A stretch of 64,000 bases of DNA, from NCBI GenBank assembly GCA_000708835.1, contig DF236972.1, positions 186,001 to 250,000 of the forward strand. The letters run 5' to 3'. Shown in pieces: positions 57,000 to 64,000 of this stretch. A program made the position numbers and the translations under genes. The notes beneath the pieces were generated by a model. That model did not search any database, had not been told where the DNA came from, and was given only the letters and a program-made list of their open reading frames with translations. The number at the start of each line of letters is the position of its first letter. Position 1 is the stretch's first letter. The stretch is from Klebsormidium nitens (lineage: Eukaryota; Plantae; Klebsormidiophyceae).

Positions 57000-57835
57000 C
57001 CAGGCCAAGAGCGGCGGGACGGGCCCTGCTGATCATGTCTTTATCCCGAGAAGTGCAGGCTTGTGTGGCCCACCCGATCATGCGCGCGGCCGCGACCAAA
57101 AGCTGCGACGGGCGGCGCGTCTAATCGGGGGTTGCAAGGGTTTAGTCTGACTGAAATCTGGATTGGCAACCGTGGATTGTTTGTTGGCAAAATCGAACGG
57201 CTGACCCGCTGCACATCTACGCTGGCTTTTCTCAACGGTTTAGATTGCGGCAAAGTGCTTTCCTCTATCACAAATCCCTACTCGAAGCCCAGTGTAGTTT
57301 TCAATTCTAAGTTCCCGCCGTGTTTTATCGAAGAGGACAATTTGAAAATTTGAGCTGCTTCAACTTGAAGGCCAGAAGCCAGAGTGCAATGTGCTCTGGA
57401 TTGCCGCAGACTGCCGTTCTGCATGCCACAACTTCAAGAAGGAAGCTGCATTCGCAGGCCAATCTTTGCACAAGTCTTCGCTTGTGAAGCTTGGATGCTG
57501 GACAATCTGGATGCAAGCTTTGGTTCCGAGAGCCGGATCAACGCAAATGCTCGGAAAAGCTGGCTGGTTGTCCATCTTCCCTTGGCCGCAATTGTGGGCA
57601 GATTTCTGAATGCAATTTGAGGCGGCAGCACCAGCATAATTGAGTAGGGCAAGCGCACCAATAGTGGCTTGTCCGTGTTCAGGGAGGCGCGGGGAGGCGA
57701 CAATCTGAGCAGAGGTGCATTCACAGCGGATGCCGAGCCTTCGCTAGGCGGTAGCGTTAAGATGAGGATTCAGCTGAGCTCGGAGTCGTGCTGATCCTGT
57801 TTGCAAACTGCGTTGCACCAGCAGGGAGTAGCATA

Positions 57836-60800
57836 ATGGATTGGGAATTGAGCAAGGAGAATGTGCAGCCCTTGAGGTCTGGAAGAGATGTCAAACTCCT
57901 CAATGCAGCATTGAAGACGAAGATAGAAGCGGAAGCCAGTGCCAAAATCAAGGTGGAAAAGCTAGAAAGCGAGCGCAGGTAAGATGGTTATGCGTAGCCA
58001 TCCCTCACCGGCATAAACAGCCGATGCAGGAGACCTGTCAATTTGCCGCTCTGGTCAATTGTTGCCTTAGAATCGGCACTGTCCATGTCTTACTTGATGG
58101 AAACAGCGGTGGTTTGAGCGTGACATCTTGCTGCAGGTCATTTGAACGTGACATCCAGTTCTATGATGGTGACGACCCTCTGGCACCGTGGCTCAGGTGA
58201 GCATTTGGCGCAGCATTTTCAGGCCTTGCCTGACGCAATCGACAAGGAGGATACAGCCTGTAGATGAAGAAGTGTGCATCAATGTTTGGTCACAAGCTTG
58301 TCAACTCCGATCACTGAATTAAGCTGTGGTGGTATCTGACGGCTATTCTGTCATGCTGCCAGGTACATCAGGTGGATAAAGGACTCATATCCATCTGGAG
58401 GCATCGAGTCCGAGAGCCTGCCCGTCCTTGAAAAGTGCACAAGAACCTTTCAGCGGGTGGCACGTTATCGGACGGACGTGAGATACCTGAGGGTCTGGAT
58501 ACAATATGTGAGTCCATCCGATTTGCAAGCTGGTCAAATCCCGGAAAGGACTGCAGTATGCTGACAGCCGGAGGTAGAACAAGATCGAGGCAGCCCAAAG
58601 CATTCGTACTGTTGCGCAACCTGCAGGGAAGCTGTTCTGAATCACAAAGTGACCTTTCGAAGCTCAACGAGTAATTGACTCTGTGTCACAGTAGCATACG
58701 CAGCCTGAATTAGCTGCTGATACTGATTGATCTTCTCATGTAGGCTGATGCATGTGTCGATGCGAAGGACATCTTCACATTTCTGGAGAAGAACGAGATT
58801 GGGCAAGATCATGCACTCTTCTACGAGGCGTATGCTACAAATCTGGAACTTCGGCGAAACTATGCAAAAGCCAGTGAGGTCTATAATTGGGGTATTGCAA
58901 GGTGAGACAATTCCATCTCTGACCGTCACCCGCGACGGTACCTGTCTTGATTGCGTTGTGCAGAGTGCACCATACTCTGCGAGAGGGTTTGCACTGCACC
59001 TTGCTGCCTTTAGGACCTGCCCACACTCACAACGTCTGAGCAGGCTCTGAAAATTTCAAGTTTTGACAGGAAGTATCAACAAAGTGTAGTGAAGTCTCTG
59101 CAGAGGCTTGCCATTCATTCATTCTCTTGCGTCCTCCAGACGAGCTGAACCAACGGAGAGGCTTGTCAACATGTACAAGGCATTCGAGGATCGGATGCAG
59201 AAGCGCCTAGAGAGGAAGAAACAGGAGGTAAGCAGAATGTCGAGTTGATGCCTTTCTTGCACTTTGGAAGATTTTGTAGATGTCATGCAGTGAGGCAATC
59301 TCGGCAATCTTGCGTATGCATGCTTAGTAATATTTCAAGGGCTCCAGTAGGATACATTCTGGTGCAAAGCTCTCAGTTTGGCTTAGCATCTGCAGGCAGC
59401 AGAGGGGTTGAGTTCAGCACCGGCCACTGATGAGAATGCGGGCAGGAGGACGCTCGCACCACTCAGATCTTCAAACCCGTCAGGTGATTATACACGGTGT
59501 CCAACAGCAAGAGCAGGTAGATGAAGATAATCTCAGGCTGTTATAAGGATGAGCCTGCCTTGTCAACTGGTGTCTGCTGATCCACTCTCAATATCATGTA
59601 TCTTGTCCCTGAGCTCCAGTTTCATTCGGACATGCTCTTAGGTCAGGTTCGCCTGCCGGCACACTTTCAGGGCAGGAAGCTCAACGGCGCAATCCTTTTG
59701 TGCAGTACGGCCCCCGCAACCCATGCAAAACCAGCAGCGTCCTAAGCGAAAAGCAGCACCAACTCCTCCAAAAAGGTAGCCTGCACTTCATCCTTCTCTC
59801 AGACAGAAGTAGAGCTTTGTCCTCGCTGATGAAGAAGCTGATGCAAACACTAGCAAGGCGCATCAGCAGCAGGTCTGGCTGAATGATGAATGAAGCTGAT
59901 GTTGGCGTCGCAACCTCGATCTGACCAGAACAGAGAGTTGTGGTAGATATGCGTCAACATTAAGGCAGCTGCTCTAGCAGTAGCATGATGAGCAGACTGT
60001 CTGACCAGCATACTGCCACTTGGATGCAGCAAGCTGGACATATTTGTGGATGAAGCGTTTGGGGGCCCTTCCGCTGGGCCTAGCATTGCTGCGAGCGGCA
60101 GATCAGAGGCTCTTGGGCCTGCTCCGCTTTGGGAGAAGCTGCCAACTCAGGCGGAGGGCAGCAAGGAGAACTGGCAGAAGGCTTCGCAGTGGAGCGGCAT
60201 GAGGCTTCCGCAGAAGAAGACCAAGTCCGCTAATGCAGGGAGCGGCTTGGAGGTCTTTGTGGATGAGGAATTTGCTCAGTAAGTCTTGTTTTCAGATTCT
60301 GAAGAGCGAGCCGCGAGCATCTCAGATGGTTGTAGCTCACACACCTCCCTCTGTTGCAGAATGCAGAGTTGATACACTTTGACTCAAGTGAGGGGATATC
60401 TGGTTGCTGATAGATGCATCGCTTGTCTCCATCCTTCCAGCATTCAATTTCCAGCATTCAGTCCGAACTCACGTAAGCCATCTGTTGATCTTTGCCAAGT
60501 CGATCAAGGAAGCCTCTCATTGGATCTGGCTTGGTATCCCTGAAGGCGTACTTGCATAGATGTGAAGCTTTAATTGTCTTTCTGCAGCTCTGATTCTCAT
60601 GGATCGGGCAAGTCAGACAATGAGGCATCCATCCGACAAAAGCTGGAGGGGAAAATCCTTGCACACAAGTGAGGGACCCATATTTGCTTCACGTTCGACC
60701 TCTGACGGGTTCACATAAGCCCTCTGCTGAAGCTGAGACTTGCTGTTGTAAGCGGTCCAATACTGTCTCTGATTGCCTTCCGCCAGCATCTGATGCCAAC

Positions 60801-63625
60801 TCGAGAATTTTCTCCGTCTCATGCTTGCATTGGTGATTAACTGCTCAAAGGGTATTGGACAGCACCTTAATCAAGCTGCTTGGCATGCAGAAAGCGGACC
60901 GAGTCGGAGAGCCTGAAGGAGGATCCTCTCCGTCACTTCACCAAAGTCCAGCCAGCACCGCCCGGCCATACTGGGCCCGTTCCTAGCCTCGTTGCAGGTA
61001 AGGTGCAAGGTCGAGTCTGGTAACCCTGGTCTGCATCCTTTAACTTCTGAACACTTCTTAGTCCTCGCTTCTATCCTTCCAAAGAACTCAAAAGATTCTC
61101 GTCATCGAATTCTCAAAAACTTCGAGAGACGCTTGAGTTCTCTTGTCTGTTGTCAAGACTCTTTATTTTTCGAAGAACCTTTCTTGAGAAGGCTGTCGAG
61201 TTGCCCGGATTGCAATAAGGGATTGCCGAAGACTTACAAATCTTGAACGTCTCTCTTTATCCAGCTTCGTATGTTCGACTTTGACCCAGCCTGCACTTCT
61301 AGCTTTGTTGAAGTTGCTTTCAGTGCAGTCATCTCTTTCAGAGATAGCAAGCTTTAACTTTAGTGAGACTATCTGCAAAGGATCTTATCTTAATATCAGC
61401 AATAAACCGCTGCAGTGACCAACGCCAGCCCCAAATTTTCTAAAGGAGCCGCCCTGGCTACCTTCGCCTACGATACCGAGGCCATCAAGGGACCCCACGG
61501 CCAAGAGCTCTCCTTTGAGGAGCTGCACGCCCGCGACTGGGAGCAGACACACAGCTTGGAGGACGAACCAGTTCCCCAGCCCCCTCCCTCGACTGCCGAA
61601 CCCGTCCCAGAGAGACCGCGCTCGCTGCTGTCCCTCTTTGCGGACGTAGCGGGGCCCGCTGAGATCTCATCCACGGAAACCCAAGGGGCAACCGACTCTG
61701 AGGGGCTGGCAGCAGAGTACCAACGGCTGAACATTGGGGGTAGTGAACTGGGGGGTCAAGCAACCAGGGCGCACTCGGGCCCTGGAAGCGAGAAAGCGGT
61801 AGCCGACGACGGCTTCTTAGGGGGCCTTAACGCCCCTACCGAGTCGCCCGTTAGCAGGCATGGGGGCCTCGTCGACCCGACCATCAACACACAGGAGGCA
61901 ATGGCAGAGATTATGTCCATGTTCAACCGCCCGCTCCCAGTAGAAACGGGGCGCAAGAACCTGAAAAGCTCCGTTTCAAAAGAGCGGCGAGAAGCCCGGG
62001 GAGCCTTTTCCCAGCCCGCCTTCGACTCTCCCCCGGCTCACGACCCCACCCTCCAGATCTTTGCTGACGACTTCGTCCCGCGTGCCGCCAAGCCGCCCAC
62101 TGGGAAGGAGAAAACGAGCAGAGGGTTCGGGCCTGTGGCTGGCCCCGAAAACAAAAACAAGGCCTCCGAAAACGGGGCTGGATTTGAGTCGGACGCAGAG
62201 AACAGGCCCCCTCCGACCGCGCAAGCCCCCCGCGCCTTTCCAGCTCGCGACATCCAATCCCCGACCGCTCAGGAGTCCGCTCTCCGCCCTCTAAGCGTGG
62301 ACCGGATCCAGCAGCTAAACGTCCAGTTCAGTGCCGGCCAGCTAGCGTCTGACTACCCAGAAAGCGAGCAAACGGAGCCCCTGTTTGAAGAAACCGAACC
62401 CCTCCCGAACCCGTTCGAGTCAGGCGGGAACCCAGCGGAGGCCGCACTCCGGGTAGCGGGGCAGGGCGAACTAGAGGGGGACGACTTTCAGGTGTGGAGC
62501 GACGACCCCACGGAGAGGGCAAGCAACTCGAATGCGCCTCAGCCCGTCAGCTTCTTGAGCAAGCCGAAGCTGCCTAGAGATGACCCTTCAGCCGAGCGGT
62601 CTCGTCCTGCTGAGCACCCGGCCTCGTTAGAGACCCCAGTCGCGGGTTTCAGCGGCCGCTTGGAGGGGCGCGGCCTGGGATCGACACGTGGCAGCCAGGC
62701 TGAGCCTGACGACAGGGCGGGCAGGGAGGCTGGCGCATGGTCTGACGTCTTCATCCCGGTGAAGTCCCTGGCGAGGTCGCCTGGCAGCGTACAGCGACCA
62801 CTGCAAAGCAGAGTGAGTGATGCAGCCTTGTCTCAGCTTCAAGTAACTGGGCTTCTTTAAAGCTGGCTTTCAAATGATCATAGAGCTGTCCCACTTCTAA
62901 AGAACTGCCAAGAGGTGCACATGCAGAACTCTAAATCCTTATATGCTGACAACATGTATGGAAGCTGCTCGCTTTGAGATGTCAAAAGCGTCTGCTCTCG
63001 TGAATGCGTTCTAAAGACTGTTCGAAGACGGTTTGGCATCTGCCATTGACGTGCCAACTTTCGGGCTCAACGACTCTGCCTATGGAAGCCTCTGTTTGCG
63101 GAAGTAAAGCTCACTCACTGCGATCCGTTTGACAGTCGAACTTCGTATCAAGACTAGAAAGGTAGCACGTGGCAGTTGTTCTCAAAAGGAAAAATTAGGC
63201 CTGACTCCCTCTTCATCTCGCAGGACGCCTCTATTCGCCCATCCGACTCCGCCCCACAACCAGCCGCACTCCAGCCGCAGCCCCCGGCCCCTAAACTAAA
63301 CCTAACCCCGGGGGTCCCCCTCGACCCGTGGGACCCTGCGCTCATCGCCTCTCTCCTCAACACCCTTAACCCGCCCCTAACCTCCTACGAGGGTTTCGTT
63401 AACCTCGGCGGCGAGAGCTTCGAGGGCGCGTCCGCCCTCCGGCTGGTCAAGCGCAGCGCCAAGAGCGGCGGCGCCATGCTGCAACTAGGGCGGGAGACGT
63501 ACGAGGTGAAGCAGTGCGTCGGGAGCGGCGCGTTCGCGACGGTGTACTTGGCATACCGGATGGACGCAGGGTACACGACGGACCTGATGGACGAGTCGGA
63601 GGATGACGGCATGCTGGCGCTCAAG
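57836..63625 (+). CDS. BUB1: MadBub (BUB1/BUBR1/MAD3 family) spindle-checkpoint kinase; 3' partial, kinase domain continues beyond the last visible exon
   Basis: WELSKENVQPL (KEN1); TPR domain GDDPLAPWLRYIRW..YRTDVRYLRVWIQYAD..IGQDHALFYEAYA; LDIFVDEAF-KENW-LEVFVDEEF; LKEDPLRHF; ELSFEELHA; DPTINTQEAMAEIMSMF; kinase start YEVKQCVGSGAFATVY..ALK. Confidence 0.93.
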
Positions 63626-64000
63626 GTGTGTGGTTTGTTGTATCTTTGATTGGCACAGGCAGTCGCGCGTTTGGCAGTGTGACGCTGAAAATGTCGTCAG
63701 ACACAAAACCAGTTCTTTACCGTTCTCAGATCCATGGAGTGTGACTCCACCAGCTGGAGACGTGTTGTCTTTTTCCTGAAGTCTGCTTCAAATATGAACT
63801 CGCCCTTCCGACTGACTTGCTGTTCGATGACACTGAGAGTGCTAGACAATACCAAGCTCGAAGCACAACTATGATTCTGAACGGGTTCCTGTCAACTTCC
63901 TGAGGCGCTGCATAACTTTCCTCTCTTTCAGTGTTCCGAAGGTCTGTTACTGCTGGTATGACGCCATCCCGACCTCGTCAGAACTGCTCGACAACCCGTT

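Overview
Eukaryotic, intron-rich nuclear DNA. Gene content and intron style suggest a streptophyte alga, possibly Klebsormidium (inference only). I could assemble six spliced genes by hand with GT-AG junctions: (1) a very large CEP350/CAP350-like gene ending in a TRM/DUF4378-type domain (+, 5' end outside the window); (2) a small uncharacterised gene (-) with an in-frame TAG in its penultimate exon; (3) a membrane-anchored dual-specificity-phosphatase-like gene (+); (4) the DEAD-box helicase ROK1/DDX52 (-); (5) the chloroplast GNAT acetyltransferase NSI/GNAT2 (+); (6) an undivided MadBub (BUB1/BUBR1) checkpoint kinase (+, runs off the 3' end). Between about 35 and 57.5 kb I found no intact gene, only degenerate coding-like fragments, local repeats, two assembly gaps and a MITE-like element. 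The most unusual signal is duplication of the 3' splice site plus exon start inside introns. It occurs in two unrelated genes: four extra copies in a CEP350-like intron and one DEAD-motif copy in ROK1. No rRNA, tRNA or CRISPR array was found.
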